From the sequence record OM386655.1: a stretch of 64,000 nucleotides of DNA; one strand, written 5' to 3'. The translations under genes and the position numbers were made by a program. How positions within the stretch are numbered: position 1 is the first letter of the stretch; each line of letters starts with the position of its first letter. The notes under the pieces were generated by a model that was not told where the DNA came from, ran no database searches, and saw only the letters and a list, made by a program, of their open reading frames with translations. The stretch is from Escherichia phage vB_EcoM_ESCO10. This document shows, one piece after another, positions 51,827 to 60,502 of this stretch.

Positions 51827-51840
51827 GGGGCTTCGGCCCC
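51827..51840 (+). promoter_or_regulatory. RNA hairpin GGGGC-UUCG-GCCCC between SD and gene 38 start codon (split ribosome-binding site)
   Basis: AAGGAG at 51820-51825, hairpin, AUG at 51849 (23-nt spacing, ~9 nt when folded). Confidence 0.55.
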
Positions 51841-51848
51841 TTCTAAAT

Positions 51849-52391
51849 ATGAAAATCTATCATTTTTATTTCGATACAAAAGAATTTTACAAAGAAGAAA
51901 ATTACAAACCGGTTAAAGGTCTTGGTCTTCCTGCTCATTCAACAATTAAAAAACCTTTAGAACCTAAAGAAGGATACGCAGTTGTATTTGATGAACGTAC
52001 CCAAGACTGGATTTATGAAGAAGACCATCGAGGCAAACGTGCATGGACTTTTAATAAAGAAGAAATTTTTATAAGTGACATTGGAAGTCCGGTTGGTATA
52101 ACTTTTGATGAGCCGGGCGAATTTGATATATGGACAGATGATGGCTGGAAAGAAGATGAAACATATAAACGAGTAATGATTCGCAATCAAAAAATCGAGG
52201 GGTTTTATAAAGAATTCCAGGTATTAAGTAATATGGTTGAAGCCTCAGTCGCCGATAAGAAAGAAAAATTCTATCACCAGAATCTTAAACGTTTCTTTGC
52301 TCTTTTAGAAAAACATGAACACTTGGGTGGTGAATTCCCGGCTTGGCCAGAAAAAGATAAAAAGCCTTGGTATAAGTGCTTTTTCAAATAA
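51849..52391 (+). CDS. 38: gp38 long-tail-fiber assembly chaperone (T4 type)
   Basis: matches T4 gp38 as remembered (MKIYH.YFDTKEFYKEENYKPVKGLGLPAHS...). Confidence 0.85.
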   Translation: MKIYHFYFDTKEFYKEENYKPVKGLGLPAHSTIKKPLEPKEGYAVVFDERTQDWIYEEDHRGKRAWTFNKEEIFISDIGSPVGITFDEPGEFDIWTDDGWKEDETYKRVMIRNQKIEGFYKEFQVLSNMVEASVADKKEKFYHQNLKRFFALLEKHEHLGGEFPAWPEKDKKPWYKCFFK

Positions 52392-52402
52392 TACTTCTAT
52401 AT

Positions 52403-52410
52403 TATAAATA
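52403..52410 (+). promoter_or_regulatory. late promoter TATAAATA for holin t
   Basis: exact match 18 nt upstream of t ATG. Confidence 0.6.
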
Positions 52411-52428
52411 TCTTTAAAGGAGAAAAGT

Positions 52429-53082
52429 ATGGAACCAAAAGTAGGATTTTCATTAACAGACCTACTTTTTGGACTTCTTGATAGAATTTTTAAAGATACT
52501 ACTTCCGGGAAAGTAGTTTTTTCCCGGGTCCTAGTCGTAATATTATTGTTCTTTATGACATTGATTTGGTATAAAGGCGAGTATATTCTAAACTTTTACA
52601 AAGAGACAACTTATGCCTCTTATACTGAAATGATTAGACAAGACCAGGACAATAGATTTAAAATTGCGGCTATCGAGCAGCTCCGAATAGTGCATTCTTC
52701 TTCAGGCGCAGACTTCACAGCAATATATTCTTTTAGGCCGACCAACATGAATTATTTTGTGGATATGGTAGCTTATGAGGGTAAATTACCAGAAACGGTA
52801 GACGCAAAAAATACGGGAGGGTTTCCGATTGACAAAACGTCAGTAGAGTATATGGCGGGAGTTAACGGGAACTATTTTGAATCATCTACTGAATCAGTGT
52901 TTCTCCCTACAAAAGAGAAAACTTATTTCACTTATATGTTTTCGTGCCCGTTTTTTAATTTGGATAACATCTATGCCGGTTCGATATCATTATACTGGTA
53001 TGACATCAAACCGGATTTAGGATTTCCTAGACTTTCGTCTATGTGTGGTCAGGCCGGGAGGACATTAGGTCGAACTCGTTAA
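52429..53082 (+). CDS. t: holin T
   Basis: matches T4 holin T (N-terminal TM, large periplasmic domain); 217 aa. Confidence 0.9.
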   Translation: MEPKVGFSLTDLLFGLLDRIFKDTTSGKVVFSRVLVVILLFFMTLIWYKGEYILNFYKETTYASYTEMIRQDQDNRFKIAAIEQLRIVHSSSGADFTAIYSFRPTNMNYFVDMVAYEGKLPETVDAKNTGGFPIDKTSVEYMAGVNGNYFESSTESVFLPTKEKTYFTYMFSCPFFNLDNIYAGSISLYWYDIKPDLGFPRLSSMCGQAGRTLGRTR

Positions 53083-53354
53083 AAATTGGAGGTATACATC
53101 ATTAGATAACGGTGTATATCTTCATACCCTTCATTAAATTGCTCAATAAGAGTATCACGTTCATCTTCAGTTAAAGACTTAAAGAGTTTATTAAAAGATA
53201 GACCATTAAGTTCCTTTCCTTGTTCATTACGAATACCTAGCTCGTTCAAAAAGGCAATAAACTCATCACGACGTTGCATGATGTCTTCACAATCCGTTTT
53301 AATTAAAATAGAAACAATAGTAGCAATTTCAGAAACGATTTCAATTTTAGTCAT
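53079..53354 (-). CDS. asiA: AsiA anti-sigma-70 factor
   Basis: matches T4 AsiA (...DEFIAFLNELGI...LIEQFNEGYEDIHRYLMMYT). Confidence 0.9.
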   Translation of the reverse strand: MTKIEIVSEIATIVSILIKTDCEDIMQRRDEFIAFLNELGIRNEQGKELNGLSFNKLFKSLTEDERDTLIEQFNEGYEDIHRYLMMYTSNF

Positions 53355-53403
53355 TTTAATTTACTCAAGTATTCAATAGGACGTTCATTTATTCAGTAAG
53401 AAT

Positions 53404-53432
53404 ATTGTAACACTATTCTTCTAGGTTGTACA
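53404..53432 (-). promoter_or_regulatory. possible sigma70-like early promoter for asiA
   Basis: minus TGTACA, 17 nt, TACAAT. Confidence 0.3.
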
Positions 53433-53664
53433 CATGATTTTTCATCCGTACAACATATTCCTGATATATCTCTTCTACTGGTTCCTGGAACTTAAAATCA
53501 GCTCCCAGGAATTCCTCAAAGCACTCCTGCTCACGTGTACGTTGACCTGATACAGTGTTCTCTAAGTTATGACTCATAGCCTTTACCCTTATGTTTCTGT
53601 TTACGAGTTGACTCTTTAAAGTTTTTCTTCTTGTCCTTATGGACAGAAGCCTTATTGAAATCAT
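53413..53664 (-). CDS. hypothetical protein (83 aa or shorter)
   Basis: ORF track. Confidence 0.4.
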   Translation of the reverse strand: MISIRLLSIRTRRKTLKSQLVNRNIRVKAMSHNLENTVSGQRTREQECFEEFLGADFKFQEPVEEIYQEYVVRMKNHVYNLEE

Positions 53665-53678
53665 GCTTAGCTACTAGA

Positions 53679-53876
53679 TTATTCATAATGTGCAATTACC
53701 TCTCTTAAACATCCACCTGTAAGACTGAAACGCTTGGCTACCCCACACTCAATGATATGTTCTGAAAGCATATTCACATCAGTATAACCCAGCTCGACGA
53801 TGAAGTATTTTATAGTTTCCTTATCACGAGAATTTAAACTACTGAAATACTCTGATTTTGAATTAAGAGTCTTCAT
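53679..53876 (-). CDS. hypothetical protein (65 aa)
   Basis: ORF track. Confidence 0.4.
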   Translation of the reverse strand: MKTLNSKSEYFSSLNSRDKETIKYFIVELGYTDVNMLSEHIIECGVAKRFSLTGGCLREVIAHYE

Positions 53877-54138
53877 GTAATTTCCTTAATTGATATTCTA
53901 AAGAGCTAATAATTTCTTTATTAGTTGCGATATACATATCACGTAGGAATGGCTTAAGGCCTTCCATATTCCCATGAATGGTCTTAGAACTAATATTCTT
54001 TATATATTCATGGTCTAAAGCGTCCCATGCCGGTTGGTTGACATAAGTACCCCAGTTATCTTCCATCATAGCATTCAGACGCTTGATATGATTAATGTGG
54101 GCTTCAATAGCATCAATCTGGATTTGTTTAAGGTTCAT
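53863..54138 (-). CDS. hypothetical protein (91 aa)
   Basis: ORF track; arn-region position. Confidence 0.45.
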   Translation of the reverse strand: MNLKQIQIDAIEAHINHIKRLNAMMEDNWGTYVNQPAWDALDHEYIKNISSKTIHGNMEGLKPFLRDMYIATNKEIISSLEYQLRKLHEDS

Positions 54139-54608
54139 TAGTAAAGGTCCTCTGAATAAAGTTCGTCTTCGCGCCCGCCACGTTCAATACGTACCTGGCC
54201 TGCATAAGTAGCAATAATCATGGCTTCTTTACGGGTCCAATAATTGCTGTATTGGTCGATAAATCCTTGGTCATCACCACATACCTGACATGAAACAACT
54301 CTGTCTTCAACTGCATCTAATACAGCAGCCATGTCTTTAGAATAATGACGAGCACCCGGAATAATGAGTGTTCCACCTTCCTTTAATTTAAAACGGTTCG
54401 CTGCTGAAACAATACGTCGTTGGAATTTCTGGTCATTACACCAGTACCCAAGTTCCCAACAGATTTCAGGAACTTCATCCAGGACATCTTGTTCTGTATA
54501 TTCACCACCATAAGAAGCTAATTTAGCAGCCAGACTTTCAGGAGTCTCGCGTGACAGAGCTTTATCTAACAGAGCCAAACGTTCTTCAAATGTTTTCATT
54601 TGAACCAT
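54138..54608 (-). CDS. hypothetical protein (156 aa)
   Basis: ORF track. Confidence 0.5.
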   Translation of the reverse strand: MVQMKTFEERLALLDKALSRETPESLAAKLASYGGEYTEQDVLDEVPEICWELGYWCNDQKFQRRIVSAANRFKLKEGGTLIIPGARHYSKDMAAVLDAVEDRVVSCQVCGDDQGFIDQYSNYWTRKEAMIIATYAGQVRIERGGREDELYSEDLY

Positions 54609-54925
54609 CCTTTAACACGTTGCCAGAGGCTTTTCTGTTGAGCTTTATTAGCACCAATTGAGCGGATAACCGGTTGTGATTCCTGGTATTCTTTGTAGTC
54701 TGCCTGATACACTTCATAAGCAATAGGAACAAAGGAGCTGATGGCAGCCATAAAGTTCTTACGAATTCCCATAGAAGCTTCAGAACCACCACGGATGATT
54801 AAGTATTTACCCGCTTTAATCTTAACAATAGTGCCGAGATAAGCGCCATGGTACCAAATGTCCCAACCTTCTTGAGTAGGTTCTGCACAACGACGAAGTT
54901 CATTAACAATATTCAGCTTGTTCAT
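54596..54925 (-). CDS. hypothetical protein (109 aa)
   Basis: ORF track. Confidence 0.45.
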   Translation of the reverse strand: MNKLNIVNELRRCAEPTQEGWDIWYHGAYLGTIVKIKAGKYLIIRGGSEASMGIRKNFMAAISSFVPIAYEVYQADYKEYQESQPVIRSIGANKAQQKSLWQRVKGWFK

Positions 54926-54943
54926 AATAATTTCCTCAGTCAG

Positions 54944-55576
54944 TTAAATTGCATTAGTTACGGTTTTGATAACTTCAGATGATACGTTTTGGAAGTCAAT
55001 ATAAGTATTCTTACCACCAGTCTTAATCTTAACATCAAGGTTCAAGGAAGTAAACACTTGTTTTTCTTTATCAGACATATTATAACCGAAGATGCGCATC
55101 ATTCCATCACGACGAACTTCGATTTGACGAATACCTGCAGTACGTTTTGCGAATCGAACTTCAAGATTACTACGGTTTTCAGCGATTTCACGAATCTCAA
55201 TACGTTCTTCTAACAAAGCTTTGACTTCATCAGCCAGAGTAATCATTTCTGGAGTAACACCACGTGAACTACGTGTTTTACGTTTTTCCAGCATCTCTGG
55301 AGCATTTTCAGAAGCGAACAAATCGGCAGCTTTTTGAACTAGGTCCATTGCTTCACCTGTAGCCACTAAACCGTCACCAGATTTTTCGATAAAACCTTTC
55401 TTAATCAATACACCAATGTTAGAGTTAACTACCGCGGCACTAAATTGCTCACTCAGGGCTTCACGGACTTCGCCTGAAGTGATGAAGTTGTGCTTGATGA
55501 TATGTACTAAGATCGAAGCAGTTTTTTCATTCAGGACGTCTTCAGAAGCTTTGATGATATAAGTAATTTTAGACAT
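54944..55576 (-). CDS. motA: MotA middle-transcription activator
   Basis: matches T4 MotA from MSKITYIIKAS...; track extension rejected. Confidence 0.9.
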   Translation of the reverse strand: MSKITYIIKASEDVLNEKTASILVHIIKHNFITSGEVREALSEQFSAAVVNSNIGVLIKKGFIEKSGDGLVATGEAMDLVQKAADLFASENAPEMLEKRKTRSSRGVTPEMITLADEVKALLEERIEIREIAENRSNLEVRFAKRTAGIRQIEVRRDGMMRIFGYNMSDKEKQVFTSLNLDVKIKTGGKNTYIDFQNVSSEVIKTVTNAI

Positions 55577-55610
55577 TTTAATCTCCGATAACCATTTATT
55601 TGATAGGTCT

Positions 55611-55639
55611 ATAGTATCATGTTTAAAGCATAAGTAAAC
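55611..55639 (-). promoter_or_regulatory. sigma70-like early promoter for motA
   Basis: minus GTTTAC, 17 nt, TACTAT. Confidence 0.55.
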
Positions 55640-55658
55640 ACTTTTTTGCACTAAACCC

Positions 55659-55679
55659 AAAAAGGAACCCAAAGGTTCC
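55659..55679 (-). terminator. intrinsic terminator
   Basis: GGAACC-UUUG-GGUUCC then UUUUU on minus strand. Confidence 0.6.
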
Positions 55680-55784
55680 TTAGTTTTTGAAGTGGGCTGC
55701 TATTAAACCTATAGCTAGACCTGTCGCTAGGCCTAGAATAACGGCAAAGATGCAGAGTAACAAGAACTCTACTCCGAAGCTCAT
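55680..55784 (-). CDS. small hydrophobic peptide (34 aa)
   Basis: hand-translated MSFGVEFLLLCIFAVILGLATGLAIGLIAAHFKN; ATGA overlap with gene 52 stop. Confidence 0.35.
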   Translation of the reverse strand: MSFGVEFLLLCIFAVILGLATGLAIGLIAAHFKN

Positions 55785-57160
55785 AGAGCCTCCAAATCTT
55801 TAACGTACTCGGTCACTACATCAGTAGTTTTCCAGTATTGGTGCTCTTCTTTCTTAGCCTTGGCTTCCAAAGCCAGTTTCTTAGCTTCGTCAGATGTGAT
55901 GTGGAAAATATTCATTGCTACGAGTTTATCAGCGTATTCACCGTAGACTTTATTACTAGCCAATTCCTCAGTTAAAACTTTGCGAGTTTTACCTTGGATA
56001 ACTACTACACCATCAATAACATCTTTAATGAATGTGGCTTTAGCCAGTGCCAGTTTAAATGCTTGTTCGGTTTCGACGATTTTACCGTCAATACGTTTTT
56101 GAACAAAGGTCTTACGGACCTCAACGAAATCACGAATCAGTTCAACAGCATCTTCGTAAACCTTGAGCTTACCTTTCTCATTAATAACTGTCAAGTTTTG
56201 TGAACGACGTTCGATTAACCCGAAGTCCTTCATAATTTTTTCGTGCTTCTTATTTTCTTCAGTAGGTAATTCATATTCTTTACGAATTTTTACCTTGAAG
56301 CCGAAACCATTCTCATCGCAGTCGTCATCATACGTGATATACCCTTTGTCTTCCAGAGGGTCCAGTACTTTGGCCACGTATGTTTCACGGTCGTATTTGT
56401 ATGGGATTTCTGTGATATGCATTTGGGTTCGGGATGTGAACTTATACGTACCACGTAGTTCATAACTTCCAGGTTCAATCTCAATCACGTCTCCGCGGAA
56501 TTCCGGGTAAGCCACTTTAGGCTTAGTTACTCGTTTTTCTTGGAGAACCTGCAATACAGCTTTCTTAACAGAATCAAAACTATGAGGAAGAATATTAGTT
56601 GCATAACCAGTTGCAATACCGGAAATACCATTAAGAAGAACAGTAGGAATAATAGGCAGATAAAAAGCCGGTGGCTTATGTTCGACGTCCGCATGAACCG
56701 GTGCATATTCTGTATCCTTATAAACCTTTGCGAAATTAGTTCCAATACGAGCAAAAATATAACGAGAGGCAGCCGCTTTTTGAACTAAACGAGAGCCGAA
56801 GTTACCTTGTCCATCTAACAAAGGGAAGTTATTGTTCCACGTGTTGGCCATCAAAGCCCCGGCTTCCTGGGCAGAGCCTTCACCGTGGTGGTATCCAAGA
56901 TCAGCTACACCACCCGCAATAGAAGCAAGTTTGTGGAATTTTTCTTTATTACCACGAGCCATATCAAGACAACGAGCAACTACAAATCGTTGTACAGGTT
57001 TAAAGCCGTCAATCATATTTGGAATGGCCCGGTTTTCGACAGTATACATTGCATAAGCCAACGCTTCATTGTCGATAATGCTTTTTAAGTCACGTCGAGT
57101 AAAAGCATCGTCGTAAACATCTAAAGCTTGTTTAAAAAGAGTATCAATTACATCAGCCAT
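55781..57160 (-). CDS. 52: DNA topoisomerase II medium subunit gp52
   Basis: GyrA-like N-terminal domain; synteny. Confidence 0.9.
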   Translation of the reverse strand: MADVIDTLFKQALDVYDDAFTRRDLKSIIDNEALAYAMYTVENRAIPNMIDGFKPVQRFVVARCLDMARGNKEKFHKLASIAGGVADLGYHHGEGSAQEAGALMANTWNNNFPLLDGQGNFGSRLVQKAAASRYIFARIGTNFAKVYKDTEYAPVHADVEHKPPAFYLPIIPTVLLNGISGIATGYATNILPHSFDSVKKAVLQVLQEKRVTKPKVAYPEFRGDVIEIEPGSYELRGTYKFTSRTQMHITEIPYKYDRETYVAKVLDPLEDKGYITYDDDCDENGFGFKVKIRKEYELPTEENKKHEKIMKDFGLIERRSQNLTVINEKGKLKVYEDAVELIRDFVEVRKTFVQKRIDGKIVETEQAFKLALAKATFIKDVIDGVVVIQGKTRKVLTEELASNKVYGEYADKLVAMNIFHITSDEAKKLALEAKAKKEEHQYWKTTDVVTEYVKDLEAL

Positions 57161-57164
57161 AATT

Positions 57165-57305
57165 TTACCATACTAGTGAATGAATAGCCATAATAACATC
57201 GGAAATAAAAAGCACAACTTGGATAAGTCCGAACATTACTCCATAATACAGTGCTACTAACAAAGCAGCAAGGGCTAACGAGTAGCCCAAGATTTGTTTA
57301 ATCAT
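57165..57305 (-). CDS. small membrane protein (46 aa), 52.1-like position
   Basis: hand-translated MIKQILGYSLALAALLVALYYGVMFGLIQVVLFISDVIMAIHSLVW. Confidence 0.35.
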   Translation of the reverse strand: MIKQILGYSLALAALLVALYYGVMFGLIQVVLFISDVIMAIHSLVW

Positions 57306-57466
57306 TTATTAACCACTGATTCTAGAAATTTGACTAAGGCATCCAGTACAAACCATGTGCAAATAAATCCTGTAAAAAAATCACCCGGGACCCATACACC
57401 TGTAGCAAAAAGAGTCACAGCAACGATAACAGCTACGAGCCAGATAAAAGTAAAAACTGTTTGCAT
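57302..57466 (-). CDS. small membrane protein (54 aa), ac-like position
   Basis: hand-translated MQTVFTFIWLVAVIVAVTLFATGVWVPGDFFTGFICTWFVLDALVKFLESVVNK; GAGGAAAAT SD. Confidence 0.4.
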   Translation of the reverse strand: MQTVFTFIWLVAVIVAVTLFATGVWVPGDFFTGFICTWFVLDALVKFLESVVNK

Positions 57467-57473
57467 ATTTTCC

Positions 57474-57554
57474 TCACAGGCGTCCGAAGACGCCGGTAAT
57501 TTTAAGATTATTACGATGCCATTGCATCACATGTTCGTTATAGAAATTACTCAT
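57474..57554 (-). CDS. stp: Stp peptide (26 aa)
   Basis: hand-translated [26 protein letters not shown], close to remembered T4 Stp; below track cutoff. Confidence 0.7.
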   Translation of the reverse strand: MSNFYNEHVMQWHRNNLKITGVFGRL

Positions 57555-57720
57555 ATATACCACACATTTTGCATAAACGTTCAAAACATATATATCCGCC
57601 ACCAAAACACATCGCGACAGCGACTTTATCATTAAATGGCGCACCAAAGGCCATAAAGGCTCCAGCCATTGTGAATAAAGCTAAAACAAATATATAACCT
57701 GTTACAAGTAGATGTTTCAT
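57547..57720 (-). CDS. small Cys-rich membrane protein (57 aa)
   Basis: hand-translated [57 protein letters not shown]; TAATG overlap with ndd stop. Confidence 0.35.
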   Translation of the reverse strand: MKHLLVTGYIFVLALFTMAGAFMAFGAPFNDKVAVAMCFGGGYICFERLCKMCGIYE

Positions 57721-58169
57721 TAGTATGCCTGCAGAATGAATTTAAAGTTATCAGCCAGGATTCGGTTCATTTCTTCCAGGGTCTGGAGGTCTGAACTATG
57801 ATTACGAGTGAAAGCCATTGCAATTTGGCCTTTACCAAAACCTGTAGTCAGAGGTTTCATTTTAGAAGCAGGTACATAAAGAACTTCATACAGGACACTG
57901 TTAGTTTTCATGGTACGGTTGGCTTGAGAACGAGCTGAACGAATATTCTTAAGAACACCATCCAGACCTTGTCCTGAGCGCTGGTTACCTACATAGAAGC
58001 GAGCAGCTACGATACGGTTTTCACCAACACCTTTAACAAAGAAATAGAAGCCTGGTTGGGCTGCTGTTTCTTTAGAAGGCCTGCCAATTTTGTATTCGCC
58101 GTTCATAACGTAAGCAACGGTAGTAGCACCAGCAGTCAGAACATTTTTGCGAGTCATATAAGTAGTCAT
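57720..58169 (-). CDS. ndd: Ndd nucleoid disruption protein
   Basis: matches T4 Ndd (...[12 protein letters not shown]...[25 protein letters not shown]...LEEMNR.LADNFKF.LQAY). Confidence 0.85.
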   Translation of the reverse strand: MTTYMTRKNVLTAGATTVAYVMNGEYKIGRPSKETAAQPGFYFFVKGVGENRIVAARFYVGNQRSGQGLDGVLKNIRSARSQANRTMKTNSVLYEVLYVPASKMKPLTTGFGKGQIAMAFTRNHSSDLQTLEEMNRILADNFKFILQAY

Positions 58170-58214
58170 ATCAATTTCCTCAGTAAATGATTTATTATCC
58201 AGTCAACGAGAACC

Positions 58215-58243
58215 ATTATAACATGATTCTCGAGGTTGTAAAC
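58215..58243 (-). promoter_or_regulatory. sigma70-like early promoter for ndd (extended -10)
   Basis: minus GTTTAC, 17 nt, TGtTATAAT; 6-bp inverted repeat flanks -10. Confidence 0.55.
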
Positions 58244-58584
58244 TATTTTTGTAGCTGTTCTAAAATAAATCCAGACGTATAAAATGAAGCATTATAAACC
58301 TTATTAAGAGGGTTCAAAGCACGTCCGTAGGTATCACGCAATTCTTTGATAACATTTTCATAGCTTACATAGTAAGCATTGCGATAGTCTGGGTCCAGGC
58401 TCATACGGAATTTAATGAATCGATAGAAGCCTGTTTCAGGGTCTTGAATGAAAACAAAATCAGAACTCATCACAGGTTTTAGTTGTAACCCTGGAATCTG
58501 CCCTTGATTACATAACGATGCGTCTTGAAGGCTGAGTTGTTTAAAGAACATCACCTTAGAGTTACCAAAAAAGACTTTAGACAT
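58243..58584 (-). CDS. hypothetical protein (113 aa)
   Basis: ORF track. Confidence 0.45.
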   Translation of the reverse strand: MSKVFFGNSKVMFFKQLSLQDASLCNQGQIPGLQLKPVMSSDFVFIQDPETGFYRFIKFRMSLDPDYRNAYYVSYENVIKELRDTYGRALNPLNKVYNASFYTSGFILEQLQK

Positions 58585-58598
58585 GATATTTTCCTCAA

Positions 58599-58844
58599 TT
58601 ATTCAGGGTCTACAGCGCCATCCCATGGGTCAACTTCTTCAGATGATTCCATAAGTTCATCGACTGTAAAGCACTCGGTATTATTTTCAATAGCAAAACG
58701 TTTTTGATAAAAAGGATAATCCAAACAATTTTCAGTACGTACAGGACGTTCACTAGAATCCATCAGAGGAGAAATACGAATCAGCTGCTGACCGTTACTA
58801 AGAACAAATTTCTCACCAACTTCAACGTCTTTAAAAAGTTTCAT
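58599..58844 (-). CDS. hypothetical protein (81 aa)
   Basis: internal ATG with GAGGA SD; track TTG extension rejected. Confidence 0.45.
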   Translation of the reverse strand: MKLFKDVEVGEKFVLSNGQQLIRISPLMDSSERPVRTENCLDYPFYQKRFAIENNTECFTVDELMESSEEVDPWDGAVDPE

Positions 58845-58854
58845 AATGTTATCC

Positions 58855-58971
58855 TCAGAAGAAATAGTTAAAATATACACGTACATGGTCAATCATAAAA
58901 GCGATTGGGAAAATGCATAATACCATAAACAGAATAAACATGTTCCAAATTGCTTTAAGTAACTTTTTCAT
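58855..58971 (-). CDS. small hydrophobic peptide (38 aa)
   Basis: hand-translated MKKLLKAIWNMFILFMVLCIFPIAFMIDHVRVYFNYFF; stop overlaps next SD. Confidence 0.3.
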   Translation of the reverse strand: MKKLLKAIWNMFILFMVLCIFPIAFMIDHVRVYFNYFF

Positions 58972-58997
58972 AATCATCTCCATTAGTTGATAGGTCT

Positions 58998-59026
58998 ATA
59001 GTATCATGTCTAATAGAGATGTAAAC
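58998..59026 (-). promoter_or_regulatory. sigma70-like early promoter
   Basis: minus GTTTAC, 17 nt, TACTAT. Confidence 0.5.
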
Positions 59027-59116
59027 TATTTTATGCAAGTTTTAACAACAATAAACTGAAGCATACACAAATAATTGGAATACACAACATCCAGATAAGG
59101 CACCACATTTTGCTAC

Positions 59117-59383
59117 TCAAAATATCACCTCTTTGATTTCAATCAATCCATCAGACAATGCAGTGCGGAGGTCATAAAGAATATCTATACCATCAATATT
59201 GTCCAGCTTACCATCAATAAGCTTTTTTAAATCACGCTTTGAGGCAACTAGTGGGCGAAGAAATTTACAATCAGAAAGAGATAACTCTGTAGTAACATCA
59301 TCACCATCACCTGACGCATCATACATAGCGGCAACAACCATACCTGTAACTTTGTGTTTGGCGTAGTATAATTTAATATCCAT
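59117..59383 (-). CDS. hypothetical protein (88 aa)
   Basis: internal ATG with GAGGAAAACAAAATG SD. Confidence 0.45.
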   Translation of the reverse strand: MDIKLYYAKHKVTGMVVAAMYDASGDGDDVTTELSLSDCKFLRPLVASKRDLKKLIDGKLDNIDGIDILYDLRTALSDGLIEIKEVIF

Positions 59384-59412
59384 TTTGTTTTCCTCTCGTA
59401 GTTGATAGGAAG

Positions 59413-59442
59413 ATAGTAACACCGTCCTTGGTGTATGTAAAC
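59413..59442 (-). promoter_or_regulatory. sigma70-like early promoter
   Basis: minus GTTTAC, 18 nt, TACTAT. Confidence 0.45.
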
Positions 59443-59457
59443 TGATTTATGAAAAAA

Positions 59458-60015
59458 TTATAAGGCGAGATACCAGCCATTGTAATTGCTCTTACGGACT
59501 AGCTTTTTGATGGATTCTCTGTCACCAGAGAACTTAGGAGTGAACAGGACATCGCCTGTCTCATTTACTGAAGTGTCGAATATGATTATACAATCCGCAA
59601 CTTTATGATTCAAGAGCGGTCCCAGGTTAATCCCTGTTCCATAAGGGAAGTCACCGGAGTATCCTGTAGTACAGGAAATCCACTTAGAATCAGATTGGTG
59701 GGTCTTAACCTCTACACGTAGTCCACAATACATAGGATGGGCTAAAACATCCCAGGCATAGGTGTAAGGGTCATCATGGTCTTCCAGGCCACTGTTGACG
59801 TATCCATTCAACCAATCAGCAACCATGTACTCGGCGTACGTTGCGATGACACACCGAGTCAATACCTCTTTCTTATCTTGGGACGGGTCTTGACTTAAGG
59901 AATACAATACTGTATCCTTAATCTTAACCTTCATTTCGCCTGTCAAATCAGATGTCTTCAGGGTAAATGTCGGCATCTTCGACAGTCGAACTAGTCCCGG
60001 ATTTGACGGATTCAT
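59458..60015 (-). CDS. putative endonuclease IV (DenB)-like protein, by synteny and size only
   Basis: 185 aa from internal ATG, between ndd cassette and rIIB as T4 denB. Confidence 0.35.
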   Translation of the reverse strand: MNPSNPGLVRLSKMPTFTLKTSDLTGEMKVKIKDTVLYSLSQDPSQDKKEVLTRCVIATYAEYMVADWLNGYVNSGLEDHDDPYTYAWDVLAHPMYCGLRVEVKTHQSDSKWISCTTGYSGDFPYGTGINLGPLLNHKVADCIIIFDTSVNETGDVLFTPKFSGDRESIKKLVRKSNYNGWYLAL

Positions 60016-60277
60016 AATCACCACCAATATACAATTCTTCGACGTGAACATTACCAAAATAGATACGAGAGTTTTCACTCAATTTACTGTGGTCTAATTT
60101 TTTAAGGTTTTCAACTGAATCGAAAATCACATCTGTTGCAAAAAGATGGCCTGTAGCTTTATCAGATGTGATTACATCTACGCAATAAACCTTATCGACC
60201 ACATGATTACCTTGGAGATAACTATCTTTGATATCTTCGTCGCCGACGTTCATGTAATTAATCATTTTACTCACCAA
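59948..60277 (-). CDS. hypothetical protein
   Basis: ORF track; overlaps denB-like 5' region. Confidence 0.4.
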   Translation of the reverse strand: MVSKMINYMNVGDEDIKDSYLQGNHVVDKVYCVDVITSDKATGHLFATDVIFDSVENLKKLDHSKLSENSRIYFGNVHVEELYIGGDYESVKSGTSSTVEDADIYPEDI

Positions 60278-60464
60278 AATAAGAAATACGAACCTCTAAA
60301 CAATGAGCGTATGCACCCATCGCATCCAGTTGTGCAATCAGTAACCCTTGTTGACGGATATCAAGAGTTTCAAAAACACCACCTTTAATAAACTCTTCAA
60401 GAGCATTAATTTTCAGGGCCAATTGGTCATATTCTTCGATTACACGTGCTTGAAAACCTAACAT
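60267..60464 (-). CDS. hypothetical protein (65 aa)
   Basis: ORF track; GAGGA SD. Confidence 0.45.
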   Translation of the reverse strand: MLGFQARVIEEYDQLALKINALEEFIKGGVFETLDIRQQGLLIAQLDAMGAYAHCLEVRISYFGE

Positions 60465-60476
60465 AATTCCTCATTA

Positions 60477-60492
60477 GGAGGCCGAAGCCTCC
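60477..60492 (-). promoter_or_regulatory. intercistronic RNA hairpin GGAGGC-UUCG-GCCUCC just upstream of SD
   Basis: identical to element at 22550-22565. Confidence 0.5.
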
Positions 60493-60502
60493 ATTTATTG
60501 AT

